From the NCBI GenBank assembly GCA_045837725.1, contig JBEWZL010000302.1, positions 62,001-126,000 on the forward strand: a stretch of DNA of 64,000 nt, read 5' to 3'. Of this stretch, positions 49,932-63,400 are shown piece after piece. This stretch comes from Vermamoeba vermiformis (taxonomy: Eukaryota). How positions within the stretch are numbered: the first letter of the stretch is position 1; the number at the start of each line of letters is the position of its first letter. The notes under the pieces were generated by a model. That model was given only the letters and a program-made list of their open reading frames with translations, searched no databases and was not told the origin of the DNA. The translations under genes and the position numbers were made by a program.

Positions 49932-51764
49932 TTACAATGCCGCGAGTGTCACGTGCAAAGATTCGGGTTTGTTCATTTGACCAATTCTCGATTGTTGCTT
50001 AAACTCCGTGACTCCCATAATACGATAATGTTGGATTAATGTCGCTAAGAAAACAGCTTGCTCTAACAACGAAAATTGATTGCCGAGACTAAGAAGTACT
50101 TTATTAGTAAACATTAGTTAAGACGAAGATTTGCACTGCTTACCAAGCACGTGATTTCATTGAAAATGGTACGTAAGAAAATGGCGTGAAAGGTTTGTCG
50201 AATCGATCAGGGTTGAACTCTTCGGGGTTTTCCCAAAACTCCGGTGAGTGATGCAGCGCGTAAATGCCAACACCCATCATGCACTAACGGCAAGTATTAA
50301 CTACTATTACTATATTAGGAAAGTTTGACGTACGCCTTTGGGCACAATTTGGCCTTCAAACTCGGTGTCTTCAGCGACAGTTCGAGTCGTCAAATTTGTG
50401 ACTGGCGGTTGCATTCTCATGTTTTCTTTGATCGTATTATTCAAATAACGCAACTATACGAGTCATTATGTAAGTAAATATAATAGTAAAGTATCGTTAT
50501 TGTACCTCTTTGATATTTTCTTTGCTGACAGGTTGACCCTTCAGTACCGTGCTAACTTCGTCGATCAAGCGCTGTTGTACGGATTGATTCATGGCCAAAT
50601 GATAGAACATCCATGAGAGGGCGGAGGCTGTAGTCTCGTGGCCAGCAGTGAACAAAAGGAACGTAATTGCAACGACCTGTCAAAAGTGTCAAAACTGCAT
50701 GTCAACCGAGATTTTTTTGTCCTAAAAACAGTCCTACCTCGTCTTCAGTCCAAGTAGGATCGTGAGCACTTAACATAGCATCAACAATGTCAAACTTCGA
50801 TGGCGATGGATTTCCTTTTTTGCCCTAGTCACGTGTTGGTAAAACGGATTTGCATCATCGATCAACTTACATTTACAAGGCTTCTCATTCCCTCACTCAG
50901 CTCAATCATTCTCTTGTTCAGTTCGATAGGTAAGGCTCGGCCGATTACTCCTTCAATCTGCAAATTTCCTAATTAGGTAATTGCGAAAAAATTTCTCTTG
51001 AGAACTTACCAAGCCAACGATGAAAGTGGAAGGCTGTACTAAGTTGTTTAACATATAAGACAGATTCTCTAAGTCACGATCTTCTTTGCCTTTCATTGCA
51101 TCAAACGATTTGCTCATGACTGTCTTGCCAAGCACATCCACCGTAAAAAGAGGCATCCACCGGGTAATATCTATTGGCTTATCGATCATAGGACGCCATA
51201 TATCCATTAATTCGAGTGATGTTGAGTAGAATTCAGGCAACCATTCTTTCACTGCATCGAAATGGAATGGCGGACTCAACACATTTCGAAATCGCCTGTT
51301 TTAAAAATTCGAAAAATTAATTATTGATTAATCTTCGCTTTAATACAATCTATGTTACCTCCAATCCTCGCCATTGCTATTTAAAATATTATTTGAAATT
51401 AATTTCGGCATATTTTTCAAATTGATTGGCGGGGTCGTTTTTGGGAACAGTTCTGGATTCGATAATACCCACTATAATTACGTCATTTAATTACAATAAT
51501 TTTATAATGAGATATGATATTGAAACTAACCTTAGCGCTGTCCGGATGCGTCGCTAAAACGGCAGTAAATCCAGGCCCATTCATTTTGAACAGTTTTGGT
51601 CGCTTGACCGCCCAACGAGTGAAAAGATTTCGCTGAAAATTAAGTGGATCCTTAACAAAATCAAATAGAGATAGTCCTTCGATGTGTTTGACTTTGTTCG
51701 AGGCAGATCTGATCTTCCAACCAACAAATGATATTATTGCGACAACTAATACTGCAATTATCAT
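49932..51764 (-). CDS. Cytochrome P450 of a different family (CYP3/CYP4-like clan)
   Basis: TM anchor, NGEDWRRFR, FTAGHETTASALSW, KENMR, FNPDRF, PFSMKSRACLGNQFS. Confidence 0.92.
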
Positions 51765-52013
51765 TCTGCAATGTGTTATCTACTTCAAATTAGTAAAGTA
51801 ATAGCTCTCGTTGTTCAAAACCTTAAATTTAGCTAAGGTGCCGTAAGATTGATTTTACGCTAGCTCCGAATTTCCTTTTTTAGAACAAGGAGCCTCGTAA
51901 GTCGTTACGGCTCATTTCAATTCTTTATATAAATAGATTAATACGATTAAGATACAAGCAGGTGCTGTTTTTGGTTTAATTTTTATTTGACGCAAAAAAA
52001 AGTTTTGGATCTG

Positions 52014-53498
52014 CTACACTAACGCAGCCCATCCAATAGTTCCAATAGCCAAACCTAAAAATACATCTCCAAATTTCATATTTTGCTCGGCAAAATTAAG
52101 TCGGCTTTGGCGGAACACGTCCAGAAGGACAGCAAAAAATGCTGTGGATCCAAGGATTAATAATCCAGGATAAAAATAGACCAACGGTGATAATACCAAT
52201 AATACCACTACTAATAATGTTCTTCTACTTTCAAAATTTGGTATTATCTTTTTGCGAACCCCAAACACAAATCCACCAAAGGTTGCCGAGATAAATGCCG
52301 CTGTTACCAAAATTGGAAATAATCCTCGCATAAATAACGCTGTAAGTAGCAATAATACGCCCTTGACTATTATTAAGCTAGGACTCAAATGTAAATTATC
52401 AAAAAGCTGCATCCACAGTAAGAAACTGACTGATTGGATCTGGGCCGTTAAACTCCACGAATTCTTCATCCATAAGCCATAATACTTTCCACTTATAACT
52501 TCCTTAATTACATCCGTTGAGTTCCATATCATATTATCAGCCCAAGGTAATACTGACAAGCCAATCTATAAAAACTAAATTAATACAATTTTCATGCGCC
52601 ATCGGCATTCAGCTGCTTTATATATTTGATATATAGTGCATATTATTATACTTACGGAAAGTACGAAGAGAATTTTCTTCACTCTATTCGCGCTATCGTG
52701 ATCCGCGTAAATGCTGTATTTTTTTTTCTCATCGTATGCATCGTAAACCAACGGAAAGATCCATCTTGGGTATCTAATAGATGTATATAGCCATTTCCAT
52801 ATTATTTCGGGTGCCTTAAGTATATTGTGATTTAACCAAGGCGTCCACAACTTGTTGTTATTTTTGTTCGATTTCAGATCCGGCGTTAATTTTGCTAAAG
52901 TCGGTCTGGGCTTTTGTCCGTGATAATACTGGTCAATTCTACGTCTAAATAGATAATACATGATCTTCGGCGAGAATACGCCTTTTATGCCAAGCAGTCT
53001 TTCGATCGGATCTGTAATCTGATTATCTTTGTCGCCAAGATCCTCTAATCTATTACTATTACGCACAATTTCCTCGAGATATTTAAACCATCGTTCATTA
53101 TGGGATATGAATTTGAACCAATCTTTGCAAACTAAGCCAAGTTCAAGTATCTGGTGGTGTGTTTCGTTTAATGTGTCTAATTCTGTTTCTTCGAAAATAT
53201 GTTTTAATATTTCGTGTTGAATATCTTGCAATAAGAATGGCTCTTGCGCGCTATTAATAATCAGTGAGTAAATATTTAACCATTAAATTTTCAATTGAAT
53301 TTGCATTCGCTTGATATTAGCGATATCAGTACTCATATCGCTTAAATATGTAATATTTATCATATTATAAACTTAATTTTACCTCTTTTTGGTGGCGAAG
53401 TAAGTCTTGATCTTTCTAACCGCCACTGAAACTACTGTGTACGCGCTGAATAGCGCCAACGCACTTGTTGTTAGCGGTAAACGCCTTAAAATATACAT
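52014..53498 (-). CDS. Membrane-anchored F-box-like protein with polytopic C-terminus (paralog of 14581-15859)
   Basis: Exon 1 RRLPLTTSALALF; LQDIQHEILKHIF...LGLVCKDWFKFI...RW; WTPWLNHNI; hydrophobic last exon. Confidence 0.7.
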
Positions 53499-53661
53499 AA
53501 AAAGTACTAGCTATAGTTGATCAAAGCTGATAATAATTTAAAAAAATGACGCGAACAAAATTAAACATGCTTAAATATACAATAAGGTTTTAGTCGTTTA
53601 CTTTTTGTCATTAAAATAATCTATATATATCAACTACAATACATTGTACTCTAGCGTTGGT

Positions 53662-55328
53662 TTATTCCAAGCCTAACTTGGTCAATTGGCTTCGAACTTC
53701 AGGTGATCCCTTAACCCAAGCTACAAACTCCTATAAACGGTATATATGATAAGCATCATGTAGTGGCACCTATTATTAATAAAAAAAACGATACTTACGT
53801 CCTTAGTAATCAAATCGTCCTTGTTGAGATCAGCCATTGAAAACGCGCTGTCCACCACTTTGTTGACTTGTTCGTCAGGAATGGGTTGATCCAATACGTA
53901 TGAATAGTTGTTAATAGATTTGTCCTAGGGATTAACAACATGTAAGTACGATTGTTTATCATAGCAGATACGGTTAGACGTGGTGTAAAGGTCGAAGATC
54001 CGGAAGATCAGCACGACACAAAAAGTCGTTTCAAAATCGTTATTTTCAAGCAAAATCGATTTTAATATTATTTTCCACGCTCTTCGTGATTAAGAATATG
54101 ATAATTAACTCTTACCTCCATAAACTTGGCCATTTGTTGGTATTGAGCCTTCTTCATCTTACGCACGCTCTCCAAGAATCGCTTGACAGCTTGGCGCATT
54201 TCAGCACGTGTAATCTTGCCGTCTCCGTTAATGTCGTACATGCGGAACAACACTATAAGACAATAAGGATCAGAATCACTGACGATCTCGCATTCCGAAA
54301 ATAATTGAGTTCAGCCACAAAGTAAGCATTTGCTCGCGAAGACTTTAGAAATGATGCTTCGTCATAGTGTTAATATGAATAGTACTACTTACATGAAGCT
54401 TTGTCCTCGACGCTAGAGGATTTCTAAATTTAGAAAAATTATTAGATCCGAGTGAATTCAATAAGATCAACTAAGATATGTATTCCTTACGTTAACAGTA
54501 GCAAAGCCGCTAACAAATTCGAAGAAATTGACGTTTTGATCCTTGTCAGAGTCGAACATATCGAAGTACAGATCAGCCAAAATTTCCTTGGTAAATCCGT
54601 GAGTCTTAGCCTTCTCGAACAATCCCAATGCTTCGGCGACCTAATTGATAGCATTAATATCCTATTTATCCAATTACAAGGAAGAGTATTAATGCAGTAA
54701 ACTTTAAAACGAGATGCGAACACACAGGTGGCTGACTCGTCCAATTTTCAAACAGTAATTATCGTATCATTATAAGCATATTATAATTATCAATAAGTAA
54801 GTAATTATTAAAGTATTTGCGATCAAGTTCTAAAAATGGAGCCTTTGAAGCTGAACTCAGCGCAAAAATATCTTGAATCCGTATTTGGCGCTAGAATTCT
54901 ACTGTAATTTTGCTAATATTTATTCTGTACTTACTCTAGTGAATTCAGCCTTATTGAGGCCCTTGTCGTAGTTGTTCGATCCAACTTCCTTCATGATCTC
55001 TTTTAACTTTTCTTTGTCGACTAAAAATATTTTTTAATTAGTATTATGTATAAATATAATATTTATCTTGCGCGCAGCGATTAATAACTGGATTTAAATT
55101 TTTCTAACCGAAATTAGTTTGTGTCTAAAACGTATCTCGGTCTTTAAATTTGAGTTTTGACTTTCGCCTATACCATTATATATATAATTACTTACGATCA
55201 GTTTCCTGCAAAAGAGAAGCGAATTTGTTCTCATCTTGAGGCGGGATGATGCCTTGCGAGATCATCAAACCACCTCTGTTGGCAGCTTGGCCTTCAGCAC
55301 CGCCGGGAGTACTTTCGATAAGACCCAT
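53662..55328 (-). CDS. Neuronal-calcium-sensor/calcineurin-B-like EF-hand protein
   Basis: MG start; FDMFDSDKDQNVNFFEFVSG, FRMYDINGDGKITRAEM, FSMADLNKDDLITKDEF. Confidence 0.88.
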
Positions 55329-56173
55329 TGTATATAAGTAGTTTTTGGTAGTGTAAGTGTTGTGGTTTGATGTTCGCAAAAATTTTGTTTGACTATGAAC
55401 AAAAAAGAGACCGATTTTCAACGAGACGACTGAACCCAGAAATCAGAGAACATATAGTTCTGGGAATTAAAATAGATTACAAAGAAGGTATCGTTGGCGA
55501 ATTCAGTTTTCGGCAGTAAAATGCACAAAAATCATAAATTGGATCCAATTGTGTATTGTGCATACGGACTACTTTGACCCGACCCTCTGGATATTAAAAT
55601 AAGGAAAACAATCGTTTGTATGTTAGAACTGATTTGGATAGGATGTAATTGCGTTTCGTATTAAAAATGAATTGTGGCCGGGGATCTCCTGTGACCGCGC
55701 GACCTCGTTGCGTTGTAGCGAAGCAAAAGAAAATTTTACGCTCAAATTTTGGCACCTCATATTCCAGCTCTTACTTACATATGCGGAAGAGAGCCAAGGA
55801 GCAAACAATTTCTTCGAATCAGGACTGAATGAGTCAACCGAGCGACATCACGGGATGCAGATAGAACTACTTTATCGTTTTATGTTGAAAACAATAACGG
55901 CTAGTCTGTGGTTTGTTTCGCGTTCTGGCAGAGATTTGGCTGAAAATTTTTCCCGACAGCAAATTTGACTGTCAAAACTTGGCTAGAAATCTCGTCACGC
56001 GCGGGGGAAACGAATTGTTCAAAAGTTAGTTAATTACGCACGAGCTACTATTACGCAACAATAACGGTTAGTTTCAATTGGACTTGTAGTTCGTATCATT
56101 AGCGTTACTCAATACCGCGTATACTCAATCAGCAAAGTTATCATTCGCCGTGCAGAACACTAACAGCAACGCC

Positions 56174-57438
56174 ATGTTAAATCGCAAGCTATTGTCCATT
56201 AACCCTCGGCTTATCTTATCCGGGTTTGCCGTTGTAGTGCTGCTCTTTTTGGCATTCAACTGGACCAGACCCACTGTTGTCAACGATATCCAATCCACCG
56301 CGTTCACACAAACAGCTTCAGGAGAAGTCAAGAAGACTAGCATTGGGTTTATAACTGCTGGACTAGGCCCAGGTAACGATTTGAGCTGCGGTTGTGTGAC
56401 CACAAAAAAAAGTCCTGTGACTCACATCTACCCAACGCTGATCTGAAAAGAGAATTAAAAATACATAATCATTTTCACGTCTGAAAGTTAATACAGACCC
56501 TAATTATTACAACTATATAAGGTCAGTTATTCGTCTTGCCAGTTTAAATCAAATTCTTTTCTTCGCAACGCGGTAATTGATTGTCTAATACTTGTTTTTA
56601 GCTTATAGGAAGTTCGCCGTAGAGCTGTTCGAGTCGTCTGAAAAGCATTTTTGCAAGAATAAACGCGATAAATACGCAGTGGACTACATCCTTTTTTCCG
56701 ACGACACATCTGATACACAACCTCCATCCAGAATCATCTACCAGAAGAAACAAGGATGGCCTATGGATAGCGAGAACAGGTAATTGATAAATCCTGCGAA
56801 TAGCGAATCATTCGCCGTCCGTTGTTAATTTTTGCGATCAGATTGAAGTTTATCGTGGATGCGAAAGAGAAGTTTTCTTTAGATAAATACGACTTCTTAT
56901 ATTGGCTCGACGCAGATATGCTATTCGTGAATGACACCTGCGAAGACATTTTAGGAGAATTAGTTGGTGCTCACCACGCGTGGTTCCCTTCTCCGTTAAA
57001 ACGACAGTGGCCGTACGAAAGTAGAAATAATTCAATGGCTTACGTACCCCAAGAAAATCAATATGAGCAAGTCTACTTCCATGCCACATTTTACGGAGGC
57101 TCCTCGTACGAATTCTTGAAGATGGTTCAGCTGATGCGAATTTATTCCGACACCGACCACGCACACGTAAGCGGGCTTACTCTATGATAACAACTACGTT
57201 AGAAATTATTCCGCCTCTATTAACGATTATACGGTAATGTTTTCAGTTTTGTTAATTTTGCGGTTTTTTTTTTTAGGGAATCCAAGCAGCCGTCGATGAT
57301 GAAAGTTATTTAAATAGATATTTTTACGATAATCCACCAAATATAGTCGTTAGTATGGGCTTTGTTTGGACCAAATACGTCCCAGTAAAGACAAGAAAAA
57401 TCTATTTAATAACACGAGGAAAACCGCCAAAGAACTAA
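56174..57438 (+). CDS. Glycosyltransferase family 6 (ABO / alpha-1,3-Gal(NAc)-transferase family), type II membrane; 3' end uncertain
   Basis: N-terminal TM; IGFITAG..AYRKF..LFESSEKHF..VDYILFSD; GWPMDSENR; YDFLYWLDADMLF; LVGAHH.WF; PYE..NSMAYVP; YFHATFYGG; DESYLNRYF. Confidence 0.9.
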
Positions 57439-57764
57439 TAACGTAATTAATTATCACGAAAAGATGATAGTAATTAATAATATTACTTTTATAATTGTAA
57501 ATAAAGATGAATTGAAAAGACAACTCGTTGGAGATCCAATTATTACGAATTAACGGCACAAAACGATCGGGCGATATTAAAATCTTACCAGTACTGCGTT
57601 AATTTTTATATGTTCATAAGTCCGTTGTGTTAACTCAACGCCACGTGGTCAGGTTGAATTCAAAAAAATAAAAAAAACGGAACGATTCATTTTATTTTTC
57701 CTCCCGTGAAGATCTACACATGTCTTTATCAAGAATATCTTATATATTATGCTGTAAATAGATA

Positions 57765-60181
57765 ATGAATGATTCGGAACTGTACTCGAGTGACGAATCT
57801 GGTTTCGAAGAAAGCGACGACAAGCAAATTGTAAAATACAGAAAAGCCAATGTAAATGATGTAAATATAAGTGATGCCGTATTAGCTTCCTTCGGGCACC
57901 ATCTAAAGGTAACATAAACGTAATCCATAATGCCGTAATATTCCGTTTGAAAAAACGGTCAAATCCAGCAAAAAATTCGAAATATTGATTCGAATTACTT
58001 TTTTGTAGTCTTTATAATTAGTATTGATATAAGGAGAATATTTTTAAGCAGTAAATTTAACCTATGGAATTGCAGGATGAAAAGAATGCGCACCAACTGC
58101 AACGATTGAGCACTATGTATGCGCAGTATTCGCTTTTAGTATCAATCAATAGATGGCCTATAATGCCGTAAGTATTTTACTTAAAGATTAAATACGAAGA
58201 TATTTTTGAGATACAAAATGAAGATCTGATCGGGATCTGCCATTGCATCTTTATTTAAACGTCACCAATATTATTTTGCGAATCTATATCAATATATAAG
58301 CCATATGAAACGATCTATTCGCATTACAAATTATTCGTAAGCGCACAAAGACTAGTTGCACTTGGTGACGTGTTACTCGCGCCAGAAAACTCGTTTTGGT
58401 TTCTTATCTTATTCTCACCTTTGTTCATATAATCTAATATACTATTACTAGCCTCATTAAATACTATGAGACGCACTTTATCGAGCAAGAGTTGATTTCT
58501 AAAGGTGGATTTGGATCCGTGTACAAAGCAGTCGATAAGTTGGATGGTAAGCGCTTAATATTGATACCTACGGAACATAGTGATATAATACTATCATTAG
58601 GCGTTACTTATGCCATTAAGCGAATCAAGTTCATTGATTGCATGAACTCGACATCCAAGTTCGATCGTGCCCTGCGAGAAGTGAAGGCTTTGGCTCGCTT
58701 AGATCATCGTCACGTGATCAGATATTTCAATGCGTGGCTAGAGATCGATGAGGTGTTAGTAACAGATGATAAGCTGGAGTCCAACAGAGATCAGCAAGCC
58801 GGGTTTGACCCGGTAAAGAAGAGCACGAAGCGGCCTAAAATTAAAGAAGTTAGAGAAGGCGAGAGCGGCAATAGTACGTGCCCGACACCATCTTAATATA
58901 GTACTATATACTAACCCTATTGATGCAGCTTCCAGCTTGTCTTCATCGCCGGAAGTGATGCCTAGTCTCTTGTCCTCGTACAAGTTACGCGGCTCAGTGT
59001 CGGCGATTGATTTGAAATCACCGTACTTTGAAGACACATTAAATAGTGTCGCAGGTGAGTATAACGAAGAGTATGACAATTTCAATGAATGTTTGGATCT
59101 GGTCCCGTACAAGAACACATATCAACACAAATTCCAACGATCACTTCAGTCGGAATTATCAGCAAGATATCTAAACAAACCAACCTTAGATCGGACATAT
59201 GATGATGCAGTGGTCGAAGAAAGTTTTGATTTTGGACATAACACGTACGAGTCAAATTCAGCCAGCAATGAAAATCACCACGTGTTGAGCACGCAATCGA
59301 AGCAACAATCGGTGCCTAAGTGCGTCTTCAGTTTATACGTACGCATGCAGTTGTGCACTAAGATGACGTTGCAACAAGTAAGTGATAGTACAGGAGTATA
59401 TAAAAACATTACTAATGTGAGTTTTAGTGGATCGAGAAGCCGGATCGCGTTGTTGACTTGGAAGACAATTTGAAAATTTTCAAGCAGATCGTACTTGGAT
59501 TGAAGCACATTCACGACATGAACATTATTCATCGTGATATCAAGCCAAGCAATATCTTCTTAAGTCACGACGGGGACTTTAAGATCGGAGATCTCGGTCT
59601 GGCCAAGGATATGACGCTGACACCTTATAACCCTGGATCTGTATTGAAAAACTCTTTGCACACGACTAATATCGGCACGGCTACATATGCTGCGTAAGTT
59701 GGATGGGATCCGGATTTGGCTCACTTTCGACTTAAACCCTGACCTATAGTATTATGTTAGGCCTGAGCAGTCTGCAGAAAAGCAAACGGCTTATACGAAC
59801 AAGGTCGATATATACAGCTTGGGCTTGATCTTGTTTGAAATGTTTCAACAGTTCGCTTCGTACCACGAACGTGCGAAGACTTTGAACGAGTTGAGAAGCT
59901 TTCAATTGTTGCCGCAGGTGTTTGAAACACAGTGGCCTGCCGCCCTATGCAACTTAATTAAGTGCATGGTATCGTCCAAGCCTGAAGAGCGACTTTCATG
60001 TGACGAGATCTTGGGACACCCGATCATGAACAGAAAAGTTAAAGCTTCGGATGCGGTCTTGCAGTTGAAAGAGAAGCTCGATGAAATGACATTAGAGAAT
60101 AAGAGACTACTCGATATTATTCAGAAGCAACAAGAACAGATCGAAGAGCTGAAGAGAATAGCTCAAAATGGCAAAGGCTAA
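57765..60181 (+). CDS. eIF2-alpha kinase family protein (HRI/Ifk-like) with long kinase insert and C-terminal coiled coil
   Basis: [46 protein letters not shown], insert, [49 protein letters not shown]. Confidence 0.9.
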
Positions 60182-60481
60182 AGTGATCCGGATGCCACAT
60201 CCGCTGGAAGGAAAGAGCCTAAAATGCTTCGTATAGTCATGATAGATCTTATGGTTATTATTATTATTCGTATTTGCATAGATATGAGAAGATAGAAAAA
60301 GCAAGACGAAAAACAAAAAATAATATGAAGATCAGATCCAGCATTTCGTGACATAATTAGAAGATCCAATACTATTACAATAGCAATATGTATGTTATAA
60401 AGTAATAGTTTTCAACAGCAAAATAAAGCACGCTTTAAAAAGACCAACTTTTTTCTGGCATCCTTTTTTGTTCGTTACAAA

Positions 60482-63400
60482 ATGGCGTCACCACAACGGC
60501 TCTTACTGCCAGACACTATCAAGCCATATCATTATGATATTCATTGGCATCCATGCTTAGATACTCTCACTTTCAAAGGCTCTGTAGATATTTCAATTCG
60601 GATCGTAAAAACAGTGGATGCGGTTGTCTTACATTGCGACGAATTGGATATTGATAACGTCAAATTAATTATTGGCAATGAAGTACTTGTTCCTATTGAG
60701 CAGATATTGAAAGAAGAGGATGAGACGTTGAACTTAAAATTCGATCGTCTACTAGCACTTGGAGAGGCGAAATTGCATATTGAATTTCATGCGCCATTAT
60801 CCACTAAATTATATGGATTTTATAAATCAAAAATAGTCGATAAGCAAGGCAAGGAAAGGTAATTATAATTTTTGTATAATTTTCTAATTGCATATTACGG
60901 ACTTAGACCTCTATAGTGACTTAATTATGGTTATAAAACATTATTAAATAACACAAAATTAATTAATTATTTTTTTCCAGCTGGATGGCGGTGACGCAGT
61001 TCGAGGCGATTGGTAATCCCTTGCTAATTGCTAAATTTTATTCTAAATATTTTTTATATTATTACAGATGCCAGAAGAGCATTTCCATGTTGGGACGAAC
61101 CAGCGCTAAAGGCAACTTTTCGGGTTAAACTTACCATCGCAAAAGATCTGGATGTAAGATCCAACCAGCGATAATTTTCATTGCTAAAAATATGATTTTA
61201 GGGACTGAATAATATGCCCGTAGTAAAAGAAGACGTCCATGGCGACAAAAAGACGCTTGAATTTGATACAACGCCAATTATGTCGACTTATTTAGTAGCA
61301 GCTGCTGTCGGCCGTTTTGAATTCATTGAAACAAAATCAAAACGCGTAAGATAGCTTAAATTTCCTTTTTTGGAATCTTATGATAATTTTAGGGCATCAC
61401 TGTGCGAGTTTATGTTCCGCCAGGAAATATTGACCGAAGCAAATTTTCGCTGGATGTGGCAGGTAAAATTTTAATATAACTCTATAATATTACAATATGA
61501 TTCATATTAATATCGAAATTATACTTGCAGTGAAAGTGCTTGATTATTACGAAGAGTATTTTTCGATCAATTATCCGTTGCCAAAGCTCGATTTGATCTT
61601 AGTGCCCGACTTTGCCTATACCGCTATGGAGTACGATTCAATAATATATTATAAGTAGGTCCCGTCTAATATATAATTATAGGAACTGGGGTCTCATTAC
61701 GTTTGAAGAGTACGTGCTGTTGTGCGATGAAAACTCGGGTGTCAACGCCAAATTGAGCGTCGCTTACATTGTTGCCCATGAAAGTAAGCCTCATTACGAT
61801 TATTATACATACATTAAATTACATATATTAAGCTATTGTGGCACTTTTTTGCCGTAACCAATCGATGACACGTGTCATCATAATTGACACTTTATTTTTT
61901 CATTTAATTATTAATAATTTAACTCCATTTCCAAGAATTAATATATTAATAATATGATGCCTTTGATATCCGTTGTATTACTTATATTGTTAGTGTTAGA
62001 AAAGTGTTGACATTTTGTTTTCGTAGTTGCACATCAATGGTTTGGCAATCTTGTGACAATGGAGTGGTGGCGCGAGTTGTGGCTCAACGAAGGATTTGCG
62101 ACGTACATGGGCCATCAAGTCATTCACGATTTGTTTCCGAATTGGAACGTGTGGGGTCACTTTTCAACCAAGTACTACGTCAAGTAAGATATCTAATCTC
62201 ATTATAATATATAATTTTGTGTACTAATGTAGTTATTATTATAGTGCGTTGCAACTGGATTCGTTGACTTCGTCACATCCGGTTGAAGTTGAGATCCAAA
62301 ATTCCGCCGAGATTAGCGAGATCTTTGACGATATTTCTTATAGCAAAGGTACTACTATAATACTATACTTATTAGATAAGTCTTTATCTAACGATTTTTT
62401 GCAGGTGCTGCCGTGATCCAGATGTTAGTTGCGTTCATCGGTGAAGAAGCATTTAGAAAGGGCCTGAACATTTATTTGAACCGATTTCAATATAGCAATG
62501 CTAAAACAAATGATCTGTGGCAAGCATTGACTGAAGCGAGCGGTCAAAATGTTGCTAAAGTTATGAACAATTGGATTATGGAGACTGGTTATCCGTACAT
62601 TAAAATCACTAAAGATCAACAAGGTAAATTTATGCAAAGATTAGTTATGAATATTCGATACTAATAGGGAAATTATGTATAGGAGGTTATGTTGTTGAAC
62701 AGAATCGATATTTGCGAGTTGCGGATCCAAAAGCGAGCAACCCGATCTGGTCGTTTAATGTTAGCATTGATGATTTTAACGGTCATAAACACCTCGTTGA
62801 AATTACAGGTAAAATTTCTTAGAAAAATTACGTAATTATGTAATTTTTGCTAATTGAATGGTTTTTCAGAAAGAAAAACTGGCTTGCAAAATACAAAGTG
62901 CAAGTGTTTCAAATGCAATATGCGCCAAACAGGATTTTATCGCGTATTATACCCACTTGAATTCTACGAACAATTTGCAGAAGAAATTAAGCAAAACAAA
63001 GTCGAAGAACTTGATCGATTTGGGCTGCAAAGCGACGCATTTGCACTTGCAAAAGCAAATTTGCTGCCGTTCAGTACTGTTTTGGAATTAGTTCGCGCCT
63101 ACGAAAATGAAAAATCTTACCATATTTGGCAAGATTTAATTGCCGAGTTGAGCGCTCTGAGTACGGTAAGAAAAAAAATTATTTGACACGTGTCACTTTT
63201 TTAAAGCCACTAACGCGTTTTGTAGCTTTGGAATGGACAACCAACATACGATTTATATAAGAAATACGTATTAGAGCTCTTACAGCCTTCAATTAAGAGA
63301 TTGGGTCTCACACAGAAATCAACGGATTCAGATCTCGACAAACTTTTGCGTAACTTGCTCTTTTCTGCAGCGGTGAGGGCTTACATTTTCAATAATACCT

